Origin: Plantactinospora sp. GCM10030261
GTDB lineage: Bacteria > Actinomycetota > Actinomycetes > Mycobacteriales > Micromonosporaceae
Assembly (NCBI RefSeq): GCF_042666615.1
Contig: NZ_JBHTDD010000005.1
Location: 80,997-144,996, forward strand
DNA length: 64,000 bases
Reading direction: 5' to 3'
A program made the translations under genes and the position numbers. Below are positions 19,194 to 30,953 of the stretch, piece after piece. The stretch's first letter is position 1; each line of letters opens with the position of its first letter. The notes under the pieces were generated by a model that was not told where the DNA came from, ran no database searches, and saw nothing but the letters and a program-made list of their open reading frames with translations.

Positions 19194-19568
19194 GTGGCGT
19201 TCGTCATCCGGCTCGCGATCACGGCGGTTGCGCTGTGGATCGCCACCCTGATCGTGTCCGGCATCGACGTCACCGCCCGGACGACCGGTGGCGAGGTGGC
19301 GACGGTGCTGGTCGTGGCACTGATCTTCGGGATCGTCAACGCGGTGCTGAAGCCGATCATCCGGGTGGTCGGCTGCGTCTTCTACCTGCTCACCCTCGGC
19401 CTGTTCGCGCTGGTCGTCAACGCGCTGCTGTTTATGTTGACGGGCTGGATCGCCGAACGGACCGGCCTGCCGTTCGCCGTCGACGGGTTCTGGCCGGCGT
19501 TCTGGGGGGCCATCATCGTGGCGGTGGTCAGCTGGGTGATCAGCCTGGTGGTGCCGGAGCCCGACTGA
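19194..19568 (+). CDS. Phage-holin-superfamily-IV-like small membrane protein
   Basis: Four hydrophobic helices ('AITAVALWIATLIVSGI', 'VLVVALIFGIVNAVL', 'YLLTLGLFALVVNALLFML', 'AIIVAVVSWVISLVV'). The pattern matches the mycobacterial 4-TMS holin-like family. Confidence 0.55.
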   Translation: MAFVIRLAITAVALWIATLIVSGIDVTARTTGGEVATVLVVALIFGIVNAVLKPIIRVVGCVFYLLTLGLFALVVNALLFMLTGWIAERTGLPFAVDGFWPAFWGAIIVAVVSWVISLVVPEPD

Positions 19569-19767
19569 CCGGGGTCCGGACCGGGTCCGGACCCGCGCCG
19601 GACCCGCGCGGATCGGTGCCGGTCGCCGGGCCCGGCCCCGGTCAGGTCGGTTGTGCCGGAGCCGACCGGCTACGGGATACTGCCCGGACATGACAGCGCG
19701 GTCAGGCGCCCACACCGGAGACAGCGGCCCACGGGGGCCGAGAGCGGTTCAGTAAGGAGCGTGCAAG

Positions 19768-20793
19768 ATGCCCATCGCTTCGCCCGAGGTGTACGCGGAG
19801 ATGCTCGACCGGGCCAAGGCCGGCCGGTTCGCGTACCCGGCGATCAACGTGACGTCGTCGCAGACCCTCAACGCCGCGCTGCGCGGCTTCGCCGACGCCG
19901 AGAGCGACGGCATCGTCCAGGTCTCCACCGGTGGCGCCGAGTACCTCTCCGGCCCGACCGTGAAGGACATGGTCACCGGCGCCGCGGCGTTCGCCGCGTA
20001 CGCGCACGAGGTCGCCAAGAACTACCCGGTGAACATCGCCCTGCACACCGACCACTGCCCGAAGGACAAGCTGGACAAGTTCGTCCGGCCGCTGATGGCC
20101 ATCTCGAAGGAGCGGGTGGCCCGCGGCGAGGAGCCGCTGTTCCAGTCGCACATGTGGGACGGGTCGGCGGTGCCGGTGGGCGAGAACCTGGAGATCGCCG
20201 CGGAACTGCTGGACCGGGCCGCCGAAGGCAAGATCGTTCTGGAGATCGAGGTCGGCGTCGTCGGTGGCGAGGAGGACGGCGTCGAGAACGCCATAAACGA
20301 GAAGCTCTACACGACGGTCGACGACGGCCTGGCGATGGTGGACGCGCTCGGGCTTGGTGAGAAGGGCCGTTACATGGCGGCGCTCACCTTCGGCAACGTG
20401 CACGGCGTCTACAAGCCGGGCAACGTGAAGCTGCGCCCCGAGGTGCTGAAGAACATCCAGGAAGCGGTGGGCGCCAAGTACGGCAAGGAGAAGCCGCTAA
20501 GCCTCGTCTTCCACGGCGGGTCCGGCTCGCTGCTGTCGGAGATCCGGGAGGCGTTGGACTACGGCGTGGTGAAGATGAACATCGACACCGACACCCAGTA
20601 CTGCTTCACCCGGCCGGTCGCGGACCACATGTTGCGCAACTACGACGGCGTCCTCAAGGTGGACGGCGAGGTTGGCAACAAGAAGATGTACGACCCGCGG
20701 GTCTGGGGCAAGGCCGCCGAGGCGGGTATGGCCGCGCGGGTGGTGGAGGCCTGCGAGGCGCTCCGGTCCACCGGCACCAAGCTGGGCAAGTAG
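19768..20793 (+). CDS. fba: Class II fructose-bisphosphate aldolase
   Basis: 'MPIASPEVYAEMLDRAKAGRFAYPAINVTSSQTLNAALRGFA...HTDHC' class II FBA signature; RBS 'TAAGGAG'. Confidence 0.9.
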   Translation: MPIASPEVYAEMLDRAKAGRFAYPAINVTSSQTLNAALRGFADAESDGIVQVSTGGAEYLSGPTVKDMVTGAAAFAAYAHEVAKNYPVNIALHTDHCPKDKLDKFVRPLMAISKERVARGEEPLFQSHMWDGSAVPVGENLEIAAELLDRAAEGKIVLEIEVGVVGGEEDGVENAINEKLYTTVDDGLAMVDALGLGEKGRYMAALTFGNVHGVYKPGNVKLRPEVLKNIQEAVGAKYGKEKPLSLVFHGGSGSLLSEIREALDYGVVKMNIDTDTQYCFTRPVADHMLRNYDGVLKVDGEVGNKKMYDPRVWGKAAEAGMAARVVEACEALRSTGTKLGK

Positions 20794-20804
20794 CGGCGCG
20801 GAGG

Positions 20805-20837
20805 GGCCCTGGTCGACGCCCGGCGTCGACCAGGGCC
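20805..20837. terminator. Palindromic terminator between convergent fba and LOG-family gene
   Basis: Perfect palindrome 'GGCCCTGGTCGACGCC c GGCGTCGACCAGGGCC'. Confidence 0.55.
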
Positions 20838-20841
20838 GTCC

Positions 20842-22161
20842 TCACGTCAGCAGGCGGACCGCGGTGTCCACGTCGTCGGTGACGTGCACCAGCTTTGTGA
20901 GATCACCGCCCCGGGACCGGGCCAGCAGCGGCTCCAGCAGGGCTCCGACCGGCAGCGTCTCGGTCCAGTAGGCGCGGTCCAGGAACACGTACGGTCCGCT
21001 CGTCCCGTCCGTGCCGTAGAACGTCTTGGTGGCCGCCTGGAACACCTCCTGCACGGTGCCGGCCTGTCCGGGCGCGAAGACGATGCCACCCCGGGCCAGC
21101 CGCAGAATCGTGTCCTCGCGAATCGCATTGGAGAAGTACTTCGCGATCCGCCCGGCGAACAGGTTCGCCGGCTCGTGGCCGTACAGCCAGGTGGGAATTG
21201 CCAGACCGCCCCGACGGGCCCAGTCGGTGTCCGGATTCGCGCGGACGCCGGCGGCCGACCGTGGCGGCGGCACGGTCGGATCGGGCATTGCGACCGGCGG
21301 AGCGGCGCCCGAGGTTGGCTGGGTCGCCGTGGCGCCGGCGGTCGGCCCTGGCGCGATGCCGCCCGCGGTTGGGCCGGCACCGGCGAACCGTTCGCGGATC
21401 CGCAGTGCGGCGGCCGTGTAACGGTCGTGGTCGGTGTAGTCCGGCGTGCCGGCCAACTCGGCGATCACCGTGGTCAGGACGTCCGCCGGCCAGTCGGCGA
21501 GGAACGCGCCGAGGTTGGCGGCCTCCATCACGCCGGGGCCACCGCCCGTAACGACCAGCCGCCCGGCCCGGGTCAGTTCCCAGCCGAGCGTCGCCGCGAG
21601 CCGGTACGCCGTGGCGCCGCGCGGCACCGCGTGCCCGCCCATCACCCCGACCACCGAACCGGGCCCGTGTCTGGCGAGCCAGGACCGGGTGGCGTCGGCC
21701 AGGGCATTGTCGATCGCGTGGTCGTGCAGCCGCTGGGCGAGCGCCTCGCGGACCGCCGGCAGCGCTCCGCCGTGCGCCCGGAAGTGCTGGTAGACCCGGG
21801 TGTCGTACATGCCGGTGAAGCCGGCAGCGGCGAAGCCGGTGGCGAGGTCGTCCGGCGTGTAGAGCCGGGCGGGATGCGTCGGGTACGGCAGGGCGACGAA
21901 CGGGGGCACCACGTGCGCGCCGCGCCGGACCAGCGCGGCCTCAGCCTCGGCGCTGGCGAACCGGCAGCCCACGAACAGGGTGTCGGTGAGGTCGACGTGG
22001 CTCAGGTCCGGCACCGGGTCGACGTCCAGCCGCAACCCTTGCAGGGTGAGGCCGGCCAGGCTGCCGACGGCCAGGTGCCTGTCGAGTTCAGCCCGGGTCT
22101 CGATCTCCTCGGGCGTGGTGTCGTGCGGTTGGACGACATCGGCGGGGGGAGGGCTCGGCAC
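20842..22161 (-). CDS. LOG-family (TIGR00730 Rossmann-fold nucleotide-binding) protein with ~150-aa N-terminal extension
   Basis: 'VVTGGGPGVMEAANLGA' and 'FAPGQAGTVQEVF' (PGGxGTxxE-like) LOG motifs. Confidence 0.7.
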   Translation of the reverse strand: MPSPPPADVVQPHDTTPEEIETRAELDRHLAVGSLAGLTLQGLRLDVDPVPDLSHVDLTDTLFVGCRFASAEAEAALVRRGAHVVPPFVALPYPTHPARLYTPDDLATGFAAAGFTGMYDTRVYQHFRAHGGALPAVREALAQRLHDHAIDNALADATRSWLARHGPGSVVGVMGGHAVPRGATAYRLAATLGWELTRAGRLVVTGGGPGVMEAANLGAFLADWPADVLTTVIAELAGTPDYTDHDRYTAAALRIRERFAGAGPTAGGIAPGPTAGATATQPTSGAAPPVAMPDPTVPPPRSAAGVRANPDTDWARRGGLAIPTWLYGHEPANLFAGRIAKYFSNAIREDTILRLARGGIVFAPGQAGTVQEVFQAATKTFYGTDGTSGPYVFLDRAYWTETLPVGALLEPLLARSRGGDLTKLVHVTDDVDTAVRLLT

Positions 22162-22380
22162 CCGGCCATCATGGCGGGAGCCCGGTGACGGCGGGTCACC
22201 GGGCTCCCTTCAACCGGTCCTGGGGAGGTTCCGGAAGTCCATTCTCCGTGCGAGACATTCGGAATCGCACCCCTCATACCGTACGGTTCACCTGGCCGTA
22301 CCGGGGGGACGACCTCGGCCGTTCAGTCAGGTCGTGCCCCCGGTTCGCGGGCCACCGTCCCGGAGAGGTTGAATGGGGCG

Positions 22381-22809
22381 ATGCAGAACCTCTTGCCTGA
22401 GCCACCAGCCACCCTCCTGCCGGGCAACGAGGCCGCCGAGGCGGCGCTCGCCGAGGCGGGACAGAAGGACACCGACGAGGCGTACGCCGAGGTCGCGGCC
22501 CGATTCCCGACCTTCAGCGCCGCCTGGGGTGCGCTGGCCGGGCGCGCCTACGCCGACGGCCAGCTCATCCGTGGGTACGCCTACGCCCGTACCGGCTATC
22601 ACCGCGGCCTCGACCAGTTGCGCCGCAGCGGCTGGAAGGGGCACGGCCCGGTGCCCTGGTCGCACGCTCCCAACCAGGGCTTCCTCCGGTGCCTCTACGT
22701 GCTGTCCCGGATCGCCGACGAGATCAGCGAGTCCGACGAGGCGGCTCGGTGCGCCCAGTTCCTCCGCGACTGCGACCCGGCCGCGGCGGACGCCCTCGCC
22801 GGCTCCTGA
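22381..22809 (+). CDS. DUF3151-family protein
   Basis: 'RGYAYARTGYHRGLDQLRRSGWKGHGPVPWSHAPNQGFLRCLYVL' conserved DUF3151 core; this family is commonly linked to fba in actinobacteria. RBS GGAGAGG. Confidence 0.7.
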   Translation: MQNLLPEPPATLLPGNEAAEAALAEAGQKDTDEAYAEVAARFPTFSAAWGALAGRAYADGQLIRGYAYARTGYHRGLDQLRRSGWKGHGPVPWSHAPNQGFLRCLYVLSRIADEISESDEAARCAQFLRDCDPAAADALAGS

Positions 22810-22863
22810 GGTGGACTTCTCGGGCTCGCCGGCGCACGACCTGGCGCGGCCAGCGCCCAGGCG

Positions 22864-25035
22864 TCACAGTCCCTCGGCCACCGCCGCGGCGATCTTCAGC
22901 CAGGCGTCCTTGGTCGCCGACGACAGGCTGCCGTAGCGGAGCGGCTCCCCGGTGTCGATCGACCGCTCGTACGGGGCAAGCAGCACCGCCCGGGTCCGGG
23001 CGGCGAAGTGCCGCTGGATCGGTGGCAGGTCGATCTCCTTGCTGGAGGGCGGCATGGAGACCACGGTGACCGCCTGCCGGACGAGCCGGTGCCGACCGCT
23101 CTGCTCCAGGTGGTCGAGCATCCGCGCGGCGGTCTCGGCCGAGTCGTTCCGGGCCGACATGGTGATCAATAGTTGGTCGGTGGCGTCGATGGCGGCCTGC
23201 CAGTTCTGCGCCCGCACGTTGTTCCCCGTGTCCACGAAAATCAGTTTGTAGAACCGGCTGACCACCTCGCGGATCTCCGCGAACGCGTCGGCGGTCAACA
23301 TCTCACCACCGGTGGCCGACTCGTCCGAGGCCAGCACGTCGAACATGCCCGCCCCCTGCGCCCGGACGTACTGCGACAGGTCACCGATCCGGCCGTGCGC
23401 CCCCTGGAACTGTCCCAGGTCGCGCAGCAGGTCGCGCACCGTGCGGTGGTGGAAGTCCTGCTGCGCCCGCATGCCGAGGGTGCCCTGGGTCTCGTTGTTG
23501 TCCCAGGCCAGCACGTAACCGCCGCGCTTCTGCCCGAACGTCATGGCGAGCAGCAGGATCGCGACGGTCTTGCCGGCACCGCCCTTCGGATTGACAACGG
23601 TCACCTGACGCAGGCCGCCGAAGTTGCGGCGGACCATCTCGACGTCCTGTCGAATCTCCTGCTCGTGGCGGCTGGGCGCCAGCCGCACCAGGCCAAGCTT
23701 GTTGACCACCGCCCGGACGCCCATCTCGGCCACTGGCTCGGCGGGCTTGGCGGCCCGGCGGCGGGCGAACTCCTCGGCGGTGGGCACCGACGGGTCGGGC
23801 GCCCACGGCTGCTCGTCGTAGACGTCCGGGGTCGCCGGCCGGCCCTGCGTCTGCGGGTACGCCCACTGCGGCGCCGGCCCGTGGTTGACCTGTGGCTGGT
23901 TGACCTGCGGTGGATGGCTGACCGGTGGATGGTTCACCTGCGGGTGGCCGTACTGGGTGGCCGGCGGGCCACCGTGCGCGCCCCACACCGGTGGGGTCGG
24001 AGGTGGTTGCTGCGCCCCCCAGCCACCCTGGTTGGGTGGGGCGGTCATCGGCCCCGGCGGAGGTGGACCGGGCACCCGCGCCTGTCCCATCGACGGACCG
24101 GGCGGAGCGGGTGTCGACGTACGCGACGGCGGCTGCGCCCACGGCGAGACCGGCTCCCCCATCCGGGGGCCTTCGTCGGGGCTGGGGTCGGCCGTCGACC
24201 CGTCCCGGGCCGAGACATCGTCGCGCGGCTCCGGCGCGCTCTTGGAGACGGGGGCGTCCGGATGCGACTCGGTCCGGTCACCCGACTCGGTGACGGCCGG
24301 ATCAAGGGTGAACGGCTCGTCCAGGTCCACCCCGGCCGAGCCGCCACGGTCGTCCGGGCCGTTGCCGTCGCGATCGTCCCCGTCGCCGATCGTCGGGCCG
24401 GCCTCCGCCGCCGACTGAGGTGCGCCGCGACCGTTCACGATCGGCCAGGCGCGGGTCGGCAGGTCGGCCGCGACGGACTGGGGCGGGACGTCCGAGTCGG
24501 CCGGCGTCATGTCGTCCGGTACGCGTGGCACGTCGACCGGTGGGCGTGGTGAGTTCACCGGCGGCTGTGGTGGGCCGAACGGTGTCTGGGTCGGCTGGAA
24601 CGGCGGCTGCGGCGGGACGACCGGATGCTGAGCCGGTCCGCCGTGCACCGGCGGCTCCGGCGGCCGGACCGGCGGCTGAGCCGTGATCCACGGCGGCAGC
24701 GGCTGAGTCGTCGCCCAGCTGGGCCGCTCGGTCGAACTCTGCTGCGGGGGCGGCGAAACCGGCGACCGGGAGACCGGATCCGGTCCCGGTTCCGGCTCGG
24801 GAGGCGGAGTGGGCGCGGCCGCGTTGGCGAGCCGTTGCGCGGCCGTGGTGATCTGAGTCCGCGGTCCGCGGTGTTCGGCCGGCTCGTGGTCCGGTGGCGG
24901 GGCCTGCTGGATCCACGGTGGGATCGGCAACTCCTCGCGCGGCGCCGACGTGCCGCCCTGCTGCGCGGCCTGTCCTTCCTCGGCCGGCAGGTGAGTTCCG
25001 TCCCTGTCCTCGTGCACCACAGATACCTCCCCCAT
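22864..25035 (-). CDS. ParA/MinD-family ATPase with ~400-aa Pro-rich N-terminal low-complexity region
   Basis: Deviant Walker A 'NPKGGAGKTV' in the C-terminal ~300 aa; the N-terminus is PPxP-rich ('HPPVSHPPQVNQPQVNH'); RBS GAGGAG. Confidence 0.8.
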   Translation of the reverse strand: MGEVSVVHEDRDGTHLPAEEGQAAQQGGTSAPREELPIPPWIQQAPPPDHEPAEHRGPRTQITTAAQRLANAAAPTPPPEPEPGPDPVSRSPVSPPPQQSSTERPSWATTQPLPPWITAQPPVRPPEPPVHGGPAQHPVVPPQPPFQPTQTPFGPPQPPVNSPRPPVDVPRVPDDMTPADSDVPPQSVAADLPTRAWPIVNGRGAPQSAAEAGPTIGDGDDRDGNGPDDRGGSAGVDLDEPFTLDPAVTESGDRTESHPDAPVSKSAPEPRDDVSARDGSTADPSPDEGPRMGEPVSPWAQPPSRTSTPAPPGPSMGQARVPGPPPPGPMTAPPNQGGWGAQQPPPTPPVWGAHGGPPATQYGHPQVNHPPVSHPPQVNQPQVNHGPAPQWAYPQTQGRPATPDVYDEQPWAPDPSVPTAEEFARRRAAKPAEPVAEMGVRAVVNKLGLVRLAPSRHEQEIRQDVEMVRRNFGGLRQVTVVNPKGGAGKTVAILLLAMTFGQKRGGYVLAWDNNETQGTLGMRAQQDFHHRTVRDLLRDLGQFQGAHGRIGDLSQYVRAQGAGMFDVLASDESATGGEMLTADAFAEIREVVSRFYKLIFVDTGNNVRAQNWQAAIDATDQLLITMSARNDSAETAARMLDHLEQSGRHRLVRQAVTVVSMPPSSKEIDLPPIQRHFAARTRAVLLAPYERSIDTGEPLRYGSLSSATKDAWLKIAAAVAEGL

Positions 25036-25082
25036 CTCCTCCGAGGATATGCCCGTCCGCCCGTGCGGGGTCAGGAGCGGCT

Positions 25083-27496
<2,414 letters not shown>

Positions 27497-27643
27497 CCAC
27501 CCCCCACCCCCTGTACCGGGTTGATCAAGAGATCTGCGTCAGGATTCGAGCTGACCCTGACGCAGATCTCTTGATCAACCCGGGGACGCGGGCCCGGGGA
27601 CGCGGGCCCGGGGACAGGGGTGGGGGACAGGCGCGGGACAGGT
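27497..27643. repeat. Composite palindromic element, copy B: C-tract, hairpin 27521-27540 / 27559-27578, tandem 'CCCGGGGACGCGGG' x2 and G-tract
   Basis: Same architecture as copy A (590-768). The hairpin arms differ from copy A by compensatory substitutions: GGTTT/AAACC in A versus GATCT/AGATC in B. Confidence 0.8.
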
Positions 27644-27732
27644 TCCGGGCTGAGCGGGGGCGCCGGTGCGGGTTATCCACAGGGTTATCCACAGGGGTGT
27701 TGGAGTGTGGGTCTAGGCGCGAGGGTGGACGG

Positions 27733-28662
27733 GTGACCACTCCTCCATCGCTGCGCCGGGTGGCTGCCGGTCAGGACGGCGTCGTGTCCCTCCGCCAGGC
27801 GCTTCGTGCCGGTCTTTCCCGGGACGAGGTCCGGCAGCGGTGTCGGGCTGGCCGCTGGATCCGGCTGTTGCCTGGGTACTTCCTGATCGACCCCGCGGCC
27901 TGTGTCGCACCGATCCGCCGGGCCCGGATCAGGGCTGCGGTCGCCAGCCTGGGCCGAGGGGCCTGCGCCGTCCTGGAAACCGCCGCGGAGTTGCAGGGCA
28001 TCGCCGGCCTTCGGCCCAGCACGATGATCCATGTCTCGGTCCCGGTGGCCCGGCCCCGACCCCAACGGCATGCCCATGCTGGGCTCACGGTGCACCAGTT
28101 GACGGTCAGCGATGAGGACGTGCACCGCATCGATGACATCCCGGTGACAACCCCGCTTCGCACTTTGGCGGACGTGATCCTGCGGACTGACCGGTACTCC
28201 GCTGTGTCCGCGATCGACTCGGCGCTGCACCGAGGGCTGGTCGACGCGTCCCAGCTGCCGCTGGTCGCGCGCTCGATCTCTCGCCGGCGGGGGGCTGTGG
28301 CCGCCCGGGGCTACCTCCTGGAGGCGGATGGTCGGGCACAGTCACCGCTCGAAACCCGGGTGCGGTTGCGCTGCGTCGACGGCCGGGTCCCACCCGACGA
28401 TCTACAGGTCGAGGTCCGTGACGCCGACGGCTACCTGCTAGGCATCGGTGATCTGGGCTGGCGGCGCGCGAGGGTGATCGCCGAGGCGGATGGGAGAGGC
28501 CCGCACGGTGGTCCGGACGCGGTGTTCGCCGACCGTTGGCGACAGAATCGCCTGGTCAACGCCGGCTGGGCGGTGGTCCGCTTCACCTGGGCGGACACCC
28601 TCCGGTCCGACTACATCCCGTTCACGGTAAGGAACGCTCTCGCCGTCGCGGCAGCTCGTTGA
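27733..28662 (+). CDS. DUF559 (Vsr-endonuclease-fold) domain protein with N-terminal AbiEi-like winged-helix region
   Basis: C-terminus 'VIAEADGRGPHGGPDAVFADRWRQNRLVNAGWAVVRFTW' matches the DUF559 pattern E-x-DG...D..R...L...GW.V.RF; GTG start in frame with the long 26158-28662 ORF. Confidence 0.75.
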   Translation: MTTPPSLRRVAAGQDGVVSLRQALRAGLSRDEVRQRCRAGRWIRLLPGYFLIDPAACVAPIRRARIRAAVASLGRGACAVLETAAELQGIAGLRPSTMIHVSVPVARPRPQRHAHAGLTVHQLTVSDEDVHRIDDIPVTTPLRTLADVILRTDRYSAVSAIDSALHRGLVDASQLPLVARSISRRRGAVAARGYLLEADGRAQSPLETRVRLRCVDGRVPPDDLQVEVRDADGYLLGIGDLGWRRARVIAEADGRGPHGGPDAVFADRWRQNRLVNAGWAVVRFTWADTLRSDYIPFTVRNALAVAAAR

Positions 28663-28717
28663 CCAAGAGGTTTGCGTCATGAAACGGGCCCTTGGGTGAC
28701 GCAAACCTCTTGATCAA
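28659..28717. repeat. Palindromic hairpin, copy C (arms 28659-28678 / 28698-28717), overlapping the DUF559 stop codon
   Basis: 'TTGACCAAGAGGTTTGCGTC...GACGCAAACCTCTTGATCAA', with one arm mismatch. This copy lacks the long C/G flanks. Confidence 0.75.
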
Positions 28718-28753
28718 CGCGGGTCGGTGGCTGACGCCGTAGGATCCGGGGTT

Positions 28754-30007
28754 GTGCGGGTACTTCTTCTCGGTGGGGGTGGGCGCGAGCACGCCCTGGC
28801 CCTCGGGCTGGGCGCCGACCCGGCCGTCACCCACTTGGTCGTGGCCCCTGGTAACCCGGGCATCGCCCAAGGTGCCGAGACACGGGCCGTCGACGCCACC
28901 GATCCGCAGGCGGTCGCGGCGCTGGCCACCGATGTCGCCGCGGATCTCGTGGTGATCGGTCCGGAGGCGCCGCTGGTCGCGGGGGTCGCCGACGCGGTGC
29001 GGGCCAAGGGGATCGCGGTGTTCGGCCCATCCGCCGCCGCGGCCAGCCTGGAGGGTTCGAAGTCGTTCGCCAAGGAGGTCATGGCGGCGGCCGGCGTGCC
29101 GACCGCCGGGGCCCGGACCTGCGGCACCGATGCCGAGGTTGCCGCCGCGCTCGACGAGTTCGGCCCGCCGTACGTGGTGAAGAACGACGGTCTCGCCGCA
29201 GGCAAAGGCGTGGTGGTCACCGGCGACCGGCACGCCGCGGAGCGGCACGCCCGCGACTGCGGCCGGGTGGTGGTGGAGGAGCACCTCGCCGGCCCGGAGG
29301 TCTCCCTGTTCGTCGTGACGGACGGTGAGGCGGCGCTGCCGCTGCTCCCGGCCCAGGACTTCAAGCGGATCGGCGACGGCGACACCGGTCCCAACACCGG
29401 CGGCATGGGCGCGTACGCCCCGCTGCCCTGGGCGCCACCGGACCTGGTGGACGAGGTCATGGCCACGGTGGTCCGACCCACTCTCGCGGAGATGCGCCGC
29501 CGCGGTACGCCGTTCAACGGGCTGCTCTACGTCGGGCTGGCCCTCACCGCCACCGGTCCTCGGGTGATCGAGTTCAACGCCCGGTTCGGCGACCCGGAGA
29601 CCCAGGCGGTGCTCGCGTTGCTGGACACGCCGCTGGCCGGCCTGCTGCACGCCGCCGCGACCGGCACCCTGGCCGACCATCCGCCGCTGCGCTGGCGTCC
29701 GGGGGCGGCGGTCACGGTGGTCGTCGCGGCGGCTGGTTATCCCGGTACGCCGCGCACCGGCGATCCGATCACCGGCGCCGACCGGCCGGGCGTCATCCAT
29801 GCCGGCACGGCTCGTTCCGCCGACGGCCGGCTGGTCTCCGCCGGCGGTCGCGTGCTCTGCGGTACGGCCACCGGGCCGACCCTCGCCGAGGCGCGGGAGG
29901 CCGCGTACGCGCTGGTGGACGGCATCGGCCTGGCGGGCTCCCAGCATCGGCGGGACATCGCCCGGGCGGCCGTCGAGGGCCGGGTGCCGGTCCCACCCAT
30001 CGACTGA
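28754..30007 (+). CDS. purD: Phosphoribosylamine--glycine ligase
   Basis: 'VRVLLLGGGGREHALA' N-terminus and ATP-grasp motifs; the GTG at 28754 fits the conserved start. Confidence 0.9.
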   Translation: MRVLLLGGGGREHALALGLGADPAVTHLVVAPGNPGIAQGAETRAVDATDPQAVAALATDVAADLVVIGPEAPLVAGVADAVRAKGIAVFGPSAAAASLEGSKSFAKEVMAAAGVPTAGARTCGTDAEVAAALDEFGPPYVVKNDGLAAGKGVVVTGDRHAAERHARDCGRVVVEEHLAGPEVSLFVVTDGEAALPLLPAQDFKRIGDGDTGPNTGGMGAYAPLPWAPPDLVDEVMATVVRPTLAEMRRRGTPFNGLLYVGLALTATGPRVIEFNARFGDPETQAVLALLDTPLAGLLHAAATGTLADHPPLRWRPGAAVTVVVAAAGYPGTPRTGDPITGADRPGVIHAGTARSADGRLVSAGGRVLCGTATGPTLAEAREAAYALVDGIGLAGSQHRRDIARAAVEGRVPVPPID

Positions 30008-30176
30008 CGACGTCGCCCGTGTCAGGACGCTCCCTGGCTCTTCGTGTGGGCGAGGACACCGACGGTGATTCAGCCGTTCGGCGGCCCTCTCCGGGTTGAC
30101 CTGGCGTGTCACCATCGCGCATGTTGACGGCGCTGATCATAGCGTTGACGACGATCGCGACGGGGGAGGTCAGTGC

Positions 30177-30854
30177 ATGGGTGGATTCCTCGGGGCCGTG
30201 CTCGAGTTCCCGACCGTGCTCTTCACCTTCCTGCTGGTCGTGGTGATCGGCTACTGGCTACTGGCGCTGACCGGCGTGCTCGACCTGGGAGACGGCGCCG
30301 ACGCGACCGCGGGATTGGACACCGACGCCGGCGCCGAGCCGGCCGGGCGCGGCGGCGCGGCCGGCACGCTGGCCGGTGTCGGTCTCGGTGCTGTCCCGCC
30401 GGGTGTGGTGGGTTCGTTGCTGGTGGCGGTGGCCTGGTTCGTCAGTCTTGCCGGCGGCGTCCTGCTGGACGCGCTCGGCTTCGGGCCGGTCGCCCGTATG
30501 GCGACCGGGTTCGCCGTGCTGGTCGTGGCGCTGCTCGGCGCCTGGCTGGTCTGCCGGTTGGTGGTGATGCCGCTGCGGCGGCTCTTCCCAGCCGGGTCGG
30601 AGGACACCCGCAGCGCCTTTGTCGGACGGCTGTGCGTGATCCGGACCGGCCGGGTGACCGCCGATTTCGGCCAGGCCGAGGTGACCGCCGATGACGGCTC
30701 GACGGCCATCGTGCAGGTGCGCCAACCCGGGGACGAGACGATGCGCGCCGGCAGCATGGCCCTCATCTATGACTATGAACCCCTCGGCGAGTTCTTCTGG
30801 GTGACGCTGGCCGGCGCCGCGTTCGACCAGCCGACGCCCCGTACGCCCACGTAA
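30177..30854 (+). CDS. NfeD/YqiJ-like membrane protein (TM helices plus C-terminal OB-fold)
   Basis: RBS 'GGGGGAGG'; N-terminal TM helices; C-terminal 'GRVTADFGQAEVTADDGSTAIVQVRQ...GSMALIYDYE' beta-barrel as in NfeD/DUF1449 partners of SPFH proteins. Confidence 0.75.
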   Translation: MGGFLGAVLEFPTVLFTFLLVVVIGYWLLALTGVLDLGDGADATAGLDTDAGAEPAGRGGAAGTLAGVGLGAVPPGVVGSLLVAVAWFVSLAGGVLLDALGFGPVARMATGFAVLVVALLGAWLVCRLVVMPLRRLFPAGSEDTRSAFVGRLCVIRTGRVTADFGQAEVTADDGSTAIVQVRQPGDETMRAGSMALIYDYEPLGEFFWVTLAGAAFDQPTPRTPT

Positions 30855-30953
30855 GCCCGCCCCCCGCCAATCCTCGACCCGCCCGCCCACGACGAGCCCG
30901 CGCACCGTGTGGGTTCGGCGAACCCGTGCCGTCCAATGAGACCCGAAGGGAGG